DNA of 64,000 bases, from assembly GCA_934193095.1 (NCBI GenBank), contig CAKPUX010000002.1, positions 17,863 through 81,862 of the forward strand, given 5' to 3'. This stretch comes from an uncultured Dialister sp. (lineage in GTDB: Bacteria > Bacillota > Negativicutes > Veillonellales > Dialisteraceae). Positions 38,524 to 47,887 of this stretch are shown here, in pieces. The translations under genes and the position numbers were made by a program. The notes under the pieces were generated by a model. The model was not told the DNA's origin. It saw only the letters and a list, made by a program, of their open reading frames with translations, and made no database searches. The stretch's first letter is position 1. Every line of letters starts with the position of its first letter.

Positions 38524-38552
38524 TTGACTTTCCCCGGCCAATCCCGTATACT
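38524..38552 (+). promoter_or_regulatory. Sigma-70-type promoter for rpmF
   Basis: TTGACT (38524-38529), 17-nt spacer, TATACT (38547-38552). Confidence 0.7.
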
Positions 38553-38647
38553 ATTGAAGTTGATAAATTTCTCTAACGCGTTTAGAGCACTGGCGAAACA
38601 GTGAAAGACAAACGGCATAACGGCCGATAGGTAAGGAGGTGCGAGAA

Positions 38648-38833
38648 ATGCCGGTTCCGAAGACAAAAAGTTCTAGATCCCGTCGCGACAAGAGACGTGC
38701 AAATTGGAAACTGACTGTTCCGGGTCTTGTGGAATGCCCACAGTGCCATGCACTGAAAAAACCTCATCATGTATGCCCAGTATGCGGTTTCTATAAAGGC
38801 AAACAGATCATCACCAAGACTGTTGAAGAATAA
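38648..38833 (+). CDS. rpmF: 50S ribosomal protein L32
   Basis: MPVPKTKSSRSRRDKRRANWK.. with zinc ribbon CPQC..CPVC. RBS aggaggtg lies 6 nt before ATG 38648. Confidence 0.92.
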   Translation: MPVPKTKSSRSRRDKRRANWKLTVPGLVECPQCHALKKPHHVCPVCGFYKGKQIITKTVEE

Positions 38834-38844
38834 TGGTCAAAGGA

Positions 38845-38875
38845 AAATGCTTCTCGATAGAGAGGCATTTTTTTA
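38845..38875 (+). terminator. Rho-independent terminator
   Basis: aaatgcttctc gatag agaggcattt followed by TTTT. Confidence 0.8.
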
Positions 38876-38934
38876 TTGCAGAAATTACTTCTCACTATGG
38901 CGCGATATGATACAATAATAGGTGTTTCTCGAAG

Positions 38935-39105
38935 AAATAGGGTTCAGCAGGCTCTGCGAGCGAGAGCAGAAAAGGCGGCGATCATATTCACAAGGCGCCG
39001 CTGAACCTTCTTTTTATTAAAAGCTGCGGCGCGCTTTATTTTTGCGTTGTATCGCTCTCGCTCAAAAGCAGAGCCCTATTGAAGCTGTTGAACCTGTTGG
39101 ATAAA
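38935..39105. repeat. Long palindromic member of the mosaic repeat family
   Basis: Arms gggttcagcaggctctgcgagcgagagc / gctctcgctcaaaagcagagccctattgaagctgttgaacc flank a gcgccgc..gcggcgc core. Confidence 0.7.
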
Positions 39106-39127
39106 CAACGACCATCAAGGAGGAAGT

Positions 39128-40396
39128 ATGGGGAAGCATTTTTCTTTTATCCATTGTGCGGATCTGCACCTCGGAGAACCATTCGGAGGCGTGCGCCTCG
39201 GGACGAAGGGACCGTGGAATGAGCAGATCGGGAAAGCCACCTTCAAGGCCTTTGAAAAGGTGGTGGATGCGGCACTGGAAAATCGGGTAGATGCGATCTT
39301 GATTTCCGGAGATGTATATAATTCAGACCATCACAGCCTCGCGGCGCAAATGGCTTTCGGCAGGGAGCTGTATCGAGCGGCGCAGGCGGGGATCGAGGTC
39401 TTTATCGTGCATGGAAATCACGACCCGGGCGAGGCCTGGCGTGCGGATATCCCGCTGCCGGAGACGGTGCATATTTTTTCTTCCGAAGAAGTGACAGGCA
39501 TCCCGCTCATGAAGGATGGGGAAAAGGCGGCCACGATCTATGGCATCAGTTACAAGACACGCCATACGAAGGATGATCTGGTGCGCTCTTTCCATGTGAA
39601 TCCGGAGGATGGATTCACCATCGGGATGCTGCACACGGAAGCCGGCGTCGATGGGAGTCCCTATGCGCCTTGCACGGTCGAGGAGCTGAAGACTGCGGGC
39701 ATCGACTACTGGGCACTGGGGCATGTACATACGAGAAAGACGCTCTCGATGAAGCCCTATATCGTCTACCCGGGCAATACGCAGGGGCTGGATGTCACGG
39801 AAATCGGTCCCCGTGGCTGTTACCTGGTCGATGTGGGGGCCTATGGTACAGTGACGTTGAAGTTCATCGAGACGGATGTGATTCGTTGGATGGACATGGT
39901 CATCGACATCGCCCCTTTCTTGACCGCAGATGATCTTTTGAAAGATGTGGCACGCCGCCGCGCGGGGCTGAAGGAGCTGACCGGTAGGCCGAATATGGTG
40001 CGTCTGGTACTGACGGGGCATGGCGCGCTGCACAAAGCGATCGCGACGGAAGAGGGACGTGATTTCCTTCTGCAGTCTTTGAATGAAAAGGAGCAGTTCC
40101 GCCATCTCTTTGCTTATTTCACCCGCATCGAGGATCGGACGCGGCCATTCCTGAATCTGGCTGAGCGCCGCGAGCTTCCCGATGTGACGGGGAATTATCT
40201 GAAGGCTTTTGATGCGGTCATGGATCTTCCGTCGGAAGAAAGGGCGAAGATGCTCCGTGAGATGGCTTCTTCGCAGCCGGAGCTTTCGAAGTATAAGAAT
40301 CTATTGGGCAAGGTGTCTGATGAGGCACTTCTTGCTGCTTTCCGCCGGGCGGAGGTGCTGGGAGCGGAAATGCTGACAGAGGAGGATGGACGATGA
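39128..40396 (+). CDS. SbcD/YhaO-like DNA repair exonuclease (metallophosphoesterase)
   Basis: IHCADLHLG, SGDVYN and HGNHD motifs. Translationally coupled to the downstream ATPase. Confidence 0.85.
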   Translation: MGKHFSFIHCADLHLGEPFGGVRLGTKGPWNEQIGKATFKAFEKVVDAALENRVDAILISGDVYNSDHHSLAAQMAFGRELYRAAQAGIEVFIVHGNHDPGEAWRADIPLPETVHIFSSEEVTGIPLMKDGEKAATIYGISYKTRHTKDDLVRSFHVNPEDGFTIGMLHTEAGVDGSPYAPCTVEELKTAGIDYWALGHVHTRKTLSMKPYIVYPGNTQGLDVTEIGPRGCYLVDVGAYGTVTLKFIETDVIRWMDMVIDIAPFLTADDLLKDVARRRAGLKELTGRPNMVRLVLTGHGALHKAIATEEGRDFLLQSLNEKEQFRHLFAYFTRIEDRTRPFLNLAERRELPDVTGNYLKAFDAVMDLPSEERAKMLREMASSQPELSKYKNLLGKVSDEALLAAFRRAEVLGAEMLTEEDGR

Positions 40397-43383
40397 AAAT
40401 CACGGATTTGCAGCTCTCAGAGTACGGCATCTATCGGGGCGCGTCCTGGCAGCCGTCGACGTCTTCGCTGAATGTGGTCATGGGAGAGAATGAGAGCGGG
40501 AAGACGACGATGCTTCGTTTTATCCGCGATATGCTCTTCGGCTATGGGCGCGGCAAGTGGCAGGGACGGAAAGGAAATATGGCCTTCGTCCGCGCGGACG
40601 GGCAGGAGTACCGCGTCTTCCGGGAGGAGAAGGAGCGCTGGTTCGAGAATGCGAGCCATGTGAAATACTCTGAAGAACTGCCGACACTCTGGTGGCATGG
40701 TCTCACGCGCTCGATGTATGAGCAGATTTTCGCCGTCGGATTAGAGGATCTGCAGGGGGCTTCCTTCCTTGCGAATGACTCCATCCGCAGCCGTTTCTTC
40801 ATGCTGCAGGGCGGTGATAAGCTCGCCAGTGCCAAGAAGGATATCCAAGAGAATAAGGAAAAGCTCTTCGTGGCTTCGTCTCAGGGAAAGCGCAAGATCA
40901 ATCAGCTGATGGCGGATCTGGATACGGTGAATCAGGAGCTGGATCATCTTTCTCATCAGGAAAAGGATTTCGCCGAGCTGCAGAAGAAGCAGGAGCTTTT
41001 GAAAAAGCAGATCCGTGAGCTCGAGGCTTCGCTCGCCAAGGACCAGGAAAAGGACAGAGAGCTCTCGAAGCGGCTTGGCGCCTGGGAATACTACAAGCGG
41101 GCGCGTGATATCAAGCACCAGCTGGATCTCTCCTCGCAGGTGAAGATGTTCCCGTCGAATGGTAAGGAGCAGTGGAATCAGCTCATGAACCGCATGAAGG
41201 TGATCCACGACCAGAAGGCATCGCTCCAGGAAAAGATCGATGAGTACACGCCGAAGAAGAAGGAAGACATCATCCCATGGGCGAGAGAGGCTGAAGCGCT
41301 GGAAAAACTCTACGTCGATCTGGGGCAGTGGCGCCAGACCATCGTCGATGTGGAAGCATTGGAAGAGGAAAAGGAAAACTGGAAGCTCGACTTTGTGAAT
41401 CTGGGCTATTCCCTGCCGCTCTGGGACCGCGCGCTGCCCTTGGAAGATGCCTGCGTCCATGTGGACTGGGCAGAAGGACGACGCCTTGCGCAGAGCGTGA
41501 GCGTCAGGGGCAATGAGCTCCATTTCTGGGAGCAGAGAGAGCCGGAGGTCGAAGCCGTCGCTGAAGAGGCGAAGGACGGAGATATCCAGACCGAGGAAGA
41601 TTTCCAGCAGATGGAGGACATGGCCTCCTTGCTCGAGCAGCTTCTCCATCAGGAAGCAGAAATCAGGGGCAAGATCGATGCCGCTTCGCAGCTCGAAGAT
41701 AAGAAATTCACCTTCTGGTTCTGGCTGGGCATCCTCTGCATGGCAGGAGCCGCAGCTGGCATCGCCTCCTTCTACATGGCCATGGCAGGCACCGCGGCGC
41801 TCTATGGCGCAGCAGGCGGGCTCATGCTGGGTATTCTCTGCTTCCTATTCAATAATAAGAGCATCCACAAGAAAGGGAATGACCTTGAGAAATGGAATGA
41901 TTCGCTGGCTTCTCTCGTGAACGAGAGGAAGGCGATCTCCGACAAATTCCCGGGACAGGCACCGGAAGACATAGCTGATCTGCAGGCCTTCCATAACCTG
42001 ATGCAGAGCCGTCGCTCCGATTTCTACAAAGACCAGGCAAAGCGGCAGGCCATCTCCTGGAAACGGGAAACAGTACGAAAGCAGCAGCTCGCGCACCAGA
42101 AGTGGACAGAAGAAGGCAAGCTGCTTCGCGAAAAAAAGGAAAAAGCAGACAAAGACTGGGATGCCTTCCTCGCGAAAAACAAGCTCCCAAAGACCGGCGC
42201 AGAGAATCTCTCTGCTCTGCAGGAGCAGTGGCAGAAGATCTACTCCGCCGAAGGCAAGGGCAAGATCCTCGACCTGCGCTTGGAGCAGATGGATGCGCGC
42301 CTTGATGCCTACAGCCGCCGTGCAGAGAGCATCATCTCGAAGACGAAGATGCCCTACACCGTCGATCCGGACGGCATCCAGGAGCTCTACGAGGAAACGC
42401 ATACGCGCAGCCTGACGTGGCAGTCCATTCAGGAAAAGAACAACCAGCACGATGCGTACCGGAAGGAAATGGATAAGCTTGATGACGGCTGGGCCTCCTG
42501 CCAGCGGGAGATGGATACCCTTCTCCATCTGGTCAATGCAAAAAATGCGGAAGAATTTGCGGAAAAGGTGAATGCCCACGAGCATCATGACCAGCTGACG
42601 AAGGAATGGGAGGCCGTGAAGCAGGATCTGCGCCTCTATGCAGGCAGCGATGAAGAATTCCAGTCCCTCTGGAACTTCCTGGAAAGCGGACAGTACGATG
42701 ACTGGATGGAAACCCATCAGAACCTTGAAAAACACATCAAAGAAGAGACGGCGTCACTGGGTGAGCTCCAGAAGAATCAGGGAGCGGTGGAAAATGAGAT
42801 CTTCCGTCTGGCGGGGGATAATACCATCACCGATACCCTGCAGAAAAAAGAAAAGATCGAAGCCGAGCTTGCCAATGCACTCTCCGAATGGCTGACCTAC
42901 ATGTACACAGAAGAAATCCTGAACCGCGCGCAGGCCGCCTATGAGTCCGGCCGCCAGCCGCAGATCATGAAGCAGGCGAATACTTTCCTCTCTGCTATGA
43001 CCAGAGGCAAGTACGCTCTTCAGATCTCCGAAGACGGGAAAAATATCGGCATCGTGGACAGCGAGCACCGCGTGAAAGAGGCCAAGATCTGGTCCTCCGG
43101 TACAGGCGATCAGGTCTTCCTCGCTATTCGCCTCGCCATGGCGCTCTCCTTCGGAGAGCAGCTCGAGCCGCTCCCCATCGTTTTGGATGATATCTTCGTG
43201 CGCTTTGATGAAGAGCGCCAGCGTGAGACATTGCGCTTCCTCATGGAGCTAGGCAAGACCCAGCAGATCTTCCTCTTCACCTGCCACGCACAGACCATGC
43301 GCATCGCAGAAGAAGTTGGGAAGGAAAAAGCGACCGGCGAGTTCATCCACCTGAAGTCCGGGACCATCGAGCTCGGAGCATAG
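40393..43383 (+). CDS. YhaN/SbcC-like AAA ATPase with long coiled coil
   Basis: ATGA overlap with the upstream gene. P-loop GENESGKTT, C-terminal SSGTGDQ signature and Walker B LPIVLDDIF. The central part is rich in charged, heptad-like sequence. Confidence 0.85.
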   Translation: MKITDLQLSEYGIYRGASWQPSTSSLNVVMGENESGKTTMLRFIRDMLFGYGRGKWQGRKGNMAFVRADGQEYRVFREEKERWFENASHVKYSEELPTLWWHGLTRSMYEQIFAVGLEDLQGASFLANDSIRSRFFMLQGGDKLASAKKDIQENKEKLFVASSQGKRKINQLMADLDTVNQELDHLSHQEKDFAELQKKQELLKKQIRELEASLAKDQEKDRELSKRLGAWEYYKRARDIKHQLDLSSQVKMFPSNGKEQWNQLMNRMKVIHDQKASLQEKIDEYTPKKKEDIIPWAREAEALEKLYVDLGQWRQTIVDVEALEEEKENWKLDFVNLGYSLPLWDRALPLEDACVHVDWAEGRRLAQSVSVRGNELHFWEQREPEVEAVAEEAKDGDIQTEEDFQQMEDMASLLEQLLHQEAEIRGKIDAASQLEDKKFTFWFWLGILCMAGAAAGIASFYMAMAGTAALYGAAGGLMLGILCFLFNNKSIHKKGNDLEKWNDSLASLVNERKAISDKFPGQAPEDIADLQAFHNLMQSRRSDFYKDQAKRQAISWKRETVRKQQLAHQKWTEEGKLLREKKEKADKDWDAFLAKNKLPKTGAENLSALQEQWQKIYSAEGKGKILDLRLEQMDARLDAYSRRAESIISKTKMPYTVDPDGIQELYEETHTRSLTWQSIQEKNNQHDAYRKEMDKLDDGWASCQREMDTLLHLVNAKNAEEFAEKVNAHEHHDQLTKEWEAVKQDLRLYAGSDEEFQSLWNFLESGQYDDWMETHQNLEKHIKEETASLGELQKNQGAVENEIFRLAGDNTITDTLQKKEKIEAELANALSEWLTYMYTEEILNRAQAAYESGRQPQIMKQANTFLSAMTRGKYALQISEDGKNIGIVDSEHRVKEAKIWSSGTGDQVFLAIRLAMALSFGEQLEPLPIVLDDIFVRFDEERQRETLRFLMELGKTQQIFLFTCHAQTMRIAEEVGKEKATGEFIHLKSGTIELGA

Positions 43384-43451
43384 ATTTGGAGTGGCTGGTG
43401 GCTAGGGATTGATTAGGAAAATCTCGCAACGCGGTGTGATAAAAAATTGAG

Positions 43452-43490
43452 AAAAGTGACTCTCTTCGAAAAGAAAGGGGTCACTTTTTT
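43452..43490 (+). terminator. Rho-independent terminator
   Basis: aaaagtgac ... gtcactttttt. Confidence 0.7.
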
Positions 43491-43831
43491 CATATGTGTG
43501 CGATGCTATGTATAGAAGCGGGAGAGAGCATCCCGGAGATGATCGATTGACAGATTTCCCTCATCCTAGGCAGAGGGAAAAAAGGAAATCGGGCATCATG
43601 CGGCTCTCAAATGCTTCTCCCTTCGAAGGTTCTGCCCGGGAGAAATCGGCAAAGGGGGCAAGACAAGTGAAAAAGACAGGATGAAAACCTAATTACGAAA
43701 CAACTCAGATAGCTCTGACGACAAGATCAGGCTCGCCTCTAAGTTAGTAGAAGTCCTTGTTTCGTCAAGGCCGCCCTCGAAGACTCTACGCCTCCCAGCC
43801 TGGCGCCCGATTCATTGGATCTGATTCATTC

Positions 43832-43856
43832 GACAGGATGACATCCTGTCTTTTTT
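43832..43856 (+). terminator. Rho-independent terminator closing an ORF-free ~370-nt region
   Basis: gacaggatg a catcctgtc followed by TTTTTT. Confidence 0.75.
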
Positions 43857-43871
43857 GCATGGGTAATGCTT

Positions 43872-43915
43872 GGAAAACACTGATTAAATCGAATAACGGT
43901 TTAATCAGTGTTTCC
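43872..43915. repeat. Solo hairpin of the GGAAAACACTGATTAAATC family
   Basis: ggaaaacactgattaaatcgaataacggtttaatcagtgtttcc. Confidence 0.7.
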
Positions 43916-43935
43916 ATAAGGGAAATGAAAAAGTT

Positions 43936-43970
43936 CTGCAGGACTAGAGATAGTCTTGCAGGGCTTTTTT
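43936..43970. terminator. Hairpin/terminator of the CTGCAGGACTAGA..TCTTGCAGGGCTTTT family
   Basis: ctgcaggacta gaga tagtcttgcag ggctttttt. Related copies lie at 45392-45437 and 51341-51378. Confidence 0.6.
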
Positions 43971-44029
43971 ATTGTTTTGGCTATTTGTTTTCCAAATGCC
44001 GGGGCGGTCATTGATTATGTATTTAATTA

Positions 44030-45076
44030 TCAAAACATTCGGCGATAGCAGGTGTTTTTCCCTTTTCCTTCTTTGGTTAGCTCGCCCGTTGTTACCATTT
44101 TACGAAGAGCTCCTTCCACTGAGCTGAGACTCAGTGCCGGGCAGAGGTTATGGATTTCTTGCTTGGTAACACGCCCGATTTTTTGCTGACAAGCCATTCT
44201 CACTATTTTAAGTGCAGACCGTTTTCCTTCCATAAGAGCGACCCGATCGTCTAAATCCTTATATGCAGCCAAAATGGTTCCCAAGAGAAATTTCATAAAA
44301 GGAATCACATCTTCTTTTCCTTCATGCCAGCCTTTTTGAGAATCTCGAAGAGATTCGTAATATAAACTTTTATTGACTGCAATTTTTGCTTCCAAAGAAA
44401 TATATTTCCCTACAAAGAATCCATTTTGATGCAGTAACAAAGATGTCAGTAAACGGCTCATACGGCCATTTCCATCATTAAAAGGGTGAATGCAAAGAAA
44501 GTCATGGATAAAAATGGGGATAAGAAGAAGCGGATCCGCTATGAAGTTTCCAATTGCCAGATTATAGGTGGCACATAAAGCATCCAGTGCATTTGGGGTT
44601 TCATCAGGAGCGAGCGGAGTAAAAAGAGTGACGGTTTGACCGTTTGAATAAGTAGCATTGATGTAATTTTGAGTTGTTTTTGTACGTCCGGCTACTGGAT
44701 TATTCGTGTGACTATATAAAATCTTATGCAGCTGAAGTATATCATTTTGGGTGATAGGAATGGCATCATAATTTTCATAAATTAACGATAAATCATCGCG
44801 ATAACCTGTAATTTCTTGTTCATTACGGTTCCGGGGCGTCGTTTTTTCTAATGCAAGCTGTCTGAGATGGGTGCGCGTTGTCGTGATTCCTTCAATGGCA
44901 TTTGAAGATTCTATACTCTGAATTTTGGCAATTTCAATCAATTTTTCCAGTTTTGCCGGCCATTGCTTTAAAAATATCTCCTGCTTTCCTGTTTCTTTGT
45001 AAATAGCCGCGATAAGTCCAAGTAAATCGGTATCCCATTTTCGGTCACGCAGCCATGCATAATTAAATGTCCTCAT
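44030..45076 (-). CDS. Fic/DOC family protein with internal inhibitory motif and C-terminal wHTH-like tail
   Basis: Fic motif HPFNDGNGRMSR (HxFx[DE]GNGRxxR) is intact. An N-terminal SNAIEG matches the [ST]xxxE[GN] auto-inhibition motif. Confidence 0.88.
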   Translation of the reverse strand: MRTFNYAWLRDRKWDTDLLGLIAAIYKETGKQEIFLKQWPAKLEKLIEIAKIQSIESSNAIEGITTTRTHLRQLALEKTTPRNRNEQEITGYRDDLSLIYENYDAIPITQNDILQLHKILYSHTNNPVAGRTKTTQNYINATYSNGQTVTLFTPLAPDETPNALDALCATYNLAIGNFIADPLLLIPIFIHDFLCIHPFNDGNGRMSRLLTSLLLHQNGFFVGKYISLEAKIAVNKSLYYESLRDSQKGWHEGKEDVIPFMKFLLGTILAAYKDLDDRVALMEGKRSALKIVRMACQQKIGRVTKQEIHNLCPALSLSSVEGALRKMVTTGELTKEGKGKNTCYRRMF

Positions 45077-45391
45077 TTTCGTATCAGCACCTTCTTTCCC
45101 TTAAAGTATAGCAAAAATTAAGGGTATTTTGTATCCGGCTACATAGTAAGTCAAATTGCCAAGCCTTTAGCGTGAAGTGAGGAGCCATAACGCATCATTT
45201 GAAAATTTGAAGTTCTCCTGGCCGATTAGCAAATGAATGGCTTCGATCCGTATTATATCAATCAGTCGACAAGTGCTTCATTTCCGCTGGGGATGAAGGG
45301 AAAGACGGATGATCATTGTGCTGGGGAGAGTATGCGCCGGATATCAATCAGGAAAATCAAAAACGGAGGCGATAGCGTATGGGAGAAAACG

Positions 45392-45437
45392 AAAAAAGCC
45401 CTACACGACTAACCGTAGTCTTGCAGGGCTTTTTATT
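45392..45437. repeat. Hairpin of the ..TAGTCTTGCAGGGCTTTT family
   Basis: aaaaaagccctacacgactaaccgtagtcttgcagggctttttatt. Confidence 0.55.
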
Positions 45438-45499
45438 TATATCCATATAGTGCATCGTTATATTTACACTATTTAATTCACTGTAATTTACGGTAAATT

Positions 45500-45552
45500 A
45501 GTCTAAATAAGACTAAATAAGACTAAATAAGACTAACTTAGAATAAATAAGT
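45500..45552. repeat. 10-bp tandem repeat (TAAATAAGAC x3 plus degenerate copies)
   Basis: agtctaaataagactaaataagactaaataagactaacttagaataaataag. Confidence 0.8.
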
Positions 45553-45853
45553 ATACTTTTTCTCAGCCGATCTTTAGATTTCTCGTAAAAAGTACATTTT
45601 TTAGGTTGCAAAACGTGAAAGGAAGGAGTATGTTAGAAAAGAAGGCCGGAAGGATTAGGGCTGTATGTCAGAATACTTTGTTGAAGAGGACGGATAATGC
45701 ATGACAGCTGGCAGATGTCGAAAAGGCTGAACAGCGTATATGTTCCTGTTGGCTTGAAAACAGGGATAATGACTATTGCATGAGAGCAGGCGGGATTGTC
45801 ATGCTTGTGGTGCTGGCTGGAGAGATCAGGTATGAGAGATATACTTCGTTTCT

Positions 45854-46016
45854 AGGAAAACGCTGATTCAATCGCAGAGTCAGTTTTTACAAGAATTTTT
45901 ATACATGGCTTCGTCATAACCTTCCTTAAATAGCTCGCTATTCGCGTCAGGTTATTCCTCGCTATGTATAAAAATTCAAGACTAAAATCTGACAACGATT
46001 TAATCAGTGTTACCCT
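45854..46016. mobile_element. 163-bp MITE-like palindromic element, copy B (inverted relative to copy A)
   Basis: AGGAAAACGCTGATTCAATCG ... CGATTTAATCAGTGTTACCCT. The interior is the near reverse complement of 28894-29014. Confidence 0.75.
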
Positions 46017-46154
46017 GGCACTTCCTCTTTGATCTGTGAGCGGCGTATGAGCTGGCATGGTTTTATCCATTATGATAGTAGTCCTTCCTTCATTGGTTGA
46101 CTGCATTTTACCATAAGATGAGCGATGGAATGAATGGCAAAAGGAGGAAATAAT

Positions 46155-46688
46155 ATGAGCTGTCACGATATTGGACGTGGAATGAATTCTGTGGTGCTGG
46201 TTGTTTTGGACTTGTATGATCACGGGAAGATGTCTTTGGAATCTGCGCGTCAAGTGATAAAAGCTTGCCGCGAGGGGACCCAATGGTGTGATGGCAACGA
46301 GAATGAAGCGGTCATGTGTTGCTGCGAAAATCGCTGCGGATACTGTCTGGAACGATTGAAGCCAGGCGATGCTCTCTACTGCCTTTATGATATAGTCGGA
46401 GTCGCTGAAAGTGAGGGACTGCTTAAAGATTATGAACCTGTGAAAGATTTTAGGAATAGGACAGATCAGGCATATAAACTGGCAGGAAAGGATTTGGGAT
46501 ATGACTGGATTTGTGCCAACTGTTTTGAGGAGATTATTAATAAAATCACAGGGGATTCCGAAAAGACCGGGGTCTTAAAACAACTGGTGGAAAGCATATC
46601 TTTAAATGAATGGCACGTAGCAGCAAACAATATGAGTGATTACTATATGGCAAAGTATATGGAGCAGAAAGATGATGAAGCAGACTAA
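46155..46688 (+). CDS. Hypothetical Cys-rich (zinc-ribbon-like) protein
   Basis: RBS aaaggagg lies 8 nt before ATG 46155. Cys cluster CCCENRCGYC ... CANC. No family recognised. Confidence 0.6.
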   Translation: MSCHDIGRGMNSVVLVVLDLYDHGKMSLESARQVIKACREGTQWCDGNENEAVMCCCENRCGYCLERLKPGDALYCLYDIVGVAESEGLLKDYEPVKDFRNRTDQAYKLAGKDLGYDWICANCFEEIINKITGDSEKTGVLKQLVESISLNEWHVAANNMSDYYMAKYMEQKDDEAD

Positions 46689-46706
46689 CTGTAGAGACAA
46701 AATGGT

Positions 46707-47774
46707 ATGAAGGGCGTGAAAAAGATAATGAGCGTTTTTTACTTAATGAACAAAGATACACCTGCCCTGCGCGTGGAACTGGAAGCACAGCGGCATATCT
46801 GCAAAGAGGTGCAGCCGATCAATCTGGAAGCCGGCCCGATTTATCTGGCTTGCCAGGAACACCGCGTGAGTAGCGCTTTTACGGAATGGATGCGCCTAAG
46901 AGCGCCTCTGTGGGAGATTGCTTCCAGACGTAAGGAAATCCTTCAAAACTATGCAGTCAACCTTTCTGACCAATACTGGCTGCAGTCGCAGGGATCCGAT
47001 ATTACCTGGAAAGATATTACTCCATTCCGGAATGATTTTACGCTGAAAGCAGTACCCTCGCCGAATCCCTGCACGGATGGGAGACTCCCTAAACACTGGG
47101 CGATCATAGATGATAAAAGAGTACTGATCAAGGAAAGCAGCGACCCGTATTATCGCGAGGCAAAGAATGAAGTGCTGGCGTCTCTTTTGCTGGATGTCTT
47201 AGATGTGCCGCATGTTACATATACAGAGCGAAGGAATCTCTCTTACTGCGAAGACTTTATCACAGAGGATAGCGAGCTTGTTCCTGCCTGGCAGGTATTA
47301 GGCGCTTGCGAGAAGAAGGAACAAGAAAATCGATTTGACTTTTTCCGGAGGTGCTGTGATACCCTGCAGATTCCCGTCACGGAAAAAGAACTGGCGAACA
47401 TGCTGCTGTTCGACTGGCTGATCTTCAACGAAGATCGGCATTTCGGAAATTTTGGGTTCATCCGCAGCGTAAGCGATGGAAAGTTTCAGGGAATGGCACC
47501 ATTGTATGACCACGGTAATTCGCTGTGGTTTGATTTGCCGGCTGCCGACTTCCATGGCAGATACCTGAAATGTATGCCATTTGCCAAAATCTTTGAAAGG
47601 CAGAGCCAATTCATGCGGGCATCAGACCTGGATTTAGGACGACTGACGGATCGCGTAGTGGCAGAGATTTTCCAAAAAGTATGGGGTGAATGTATCCAAG
47701 AGAAAACCATCGCAAAGATGCTCTATCTGGTGCAAAGACATATTTCTTCTGTGCGAAAGCAGATGGGAAGATAA
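46707..47774 (+). CDS. HipA-like Ser/Thr kinase
   Basis: Catalytic-loop-like FNEDRHFGNFGF (compare HipA ..TDGHAKNFS..) and APLYDHGNS (compare HipA ..PLYD..). The start is ambiguous (46707 or 46728). Confidence 0.7.
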   Translation: MKGVKKIMSVFYLMNKDTPALRVELEAQRHICKEVQPINLEAGPIYLACQEHRVSSAFTEWMRLRAPLWEIASRRKEILQNYAVNLSDQYWLQSQGSDITWKDITPFRNDFTLKAVPSPNPCTDGRLPKHWAIIDDKRVLIKESSDPYYREAKNEVLASLLLDVLDVPHVTYTERRNLSYCEDFITEDSELVPAWQVLGACEKKEQENRFDFFRRCCDTLQIPVTEKELANMLLFDWLIFNEDRHFGNFGFIRSVSDGKFQGMAPLYDHGNSLWFDLPAADFHGRYLKCMPFAKIFERQSQFMRASDLDLGRLTDRVVAEIFQKVWGECIQEKTIAKMLYLVQRHISSVRKQMGR

Positions 47775-47887
47775 GGAAATGCCAGATTATGATGGCAGTG
47801 ATGCAAGGGATTGCCGACGTACATGGCTGGTTTCATCGGGCGATGCAGAGAGTTATGACTTTTTAGAAAAATCTTGGGAGATGCACT

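Noticed and set aside
31999-43068. Antisense ORFs within prfA, prmC, tsaC, glyA, the sbcD-like gene and the yhaN-like gene (for example 31999..32940, 32975..33955, 33873..34940, 37356..38459, 39323..40105, 40741..41649, 41845..42735).
   Set aside because: Each is opposite a gene with unambiguous family motifs, and none shows motifs or start signals.
43495-43856. tmRNA or RNase P identity for the ORF-free region, as a possible integration target for the adjacent island.
   Set aside because: There is no GGGG...UUCGAC 5' end, no tag-like ..ALAA reading frame, no T-arm GGUUCGA.UCC, and no RNase P GAGGAAAGUCC motif. It is kept only as an unclassified candidate RNA.
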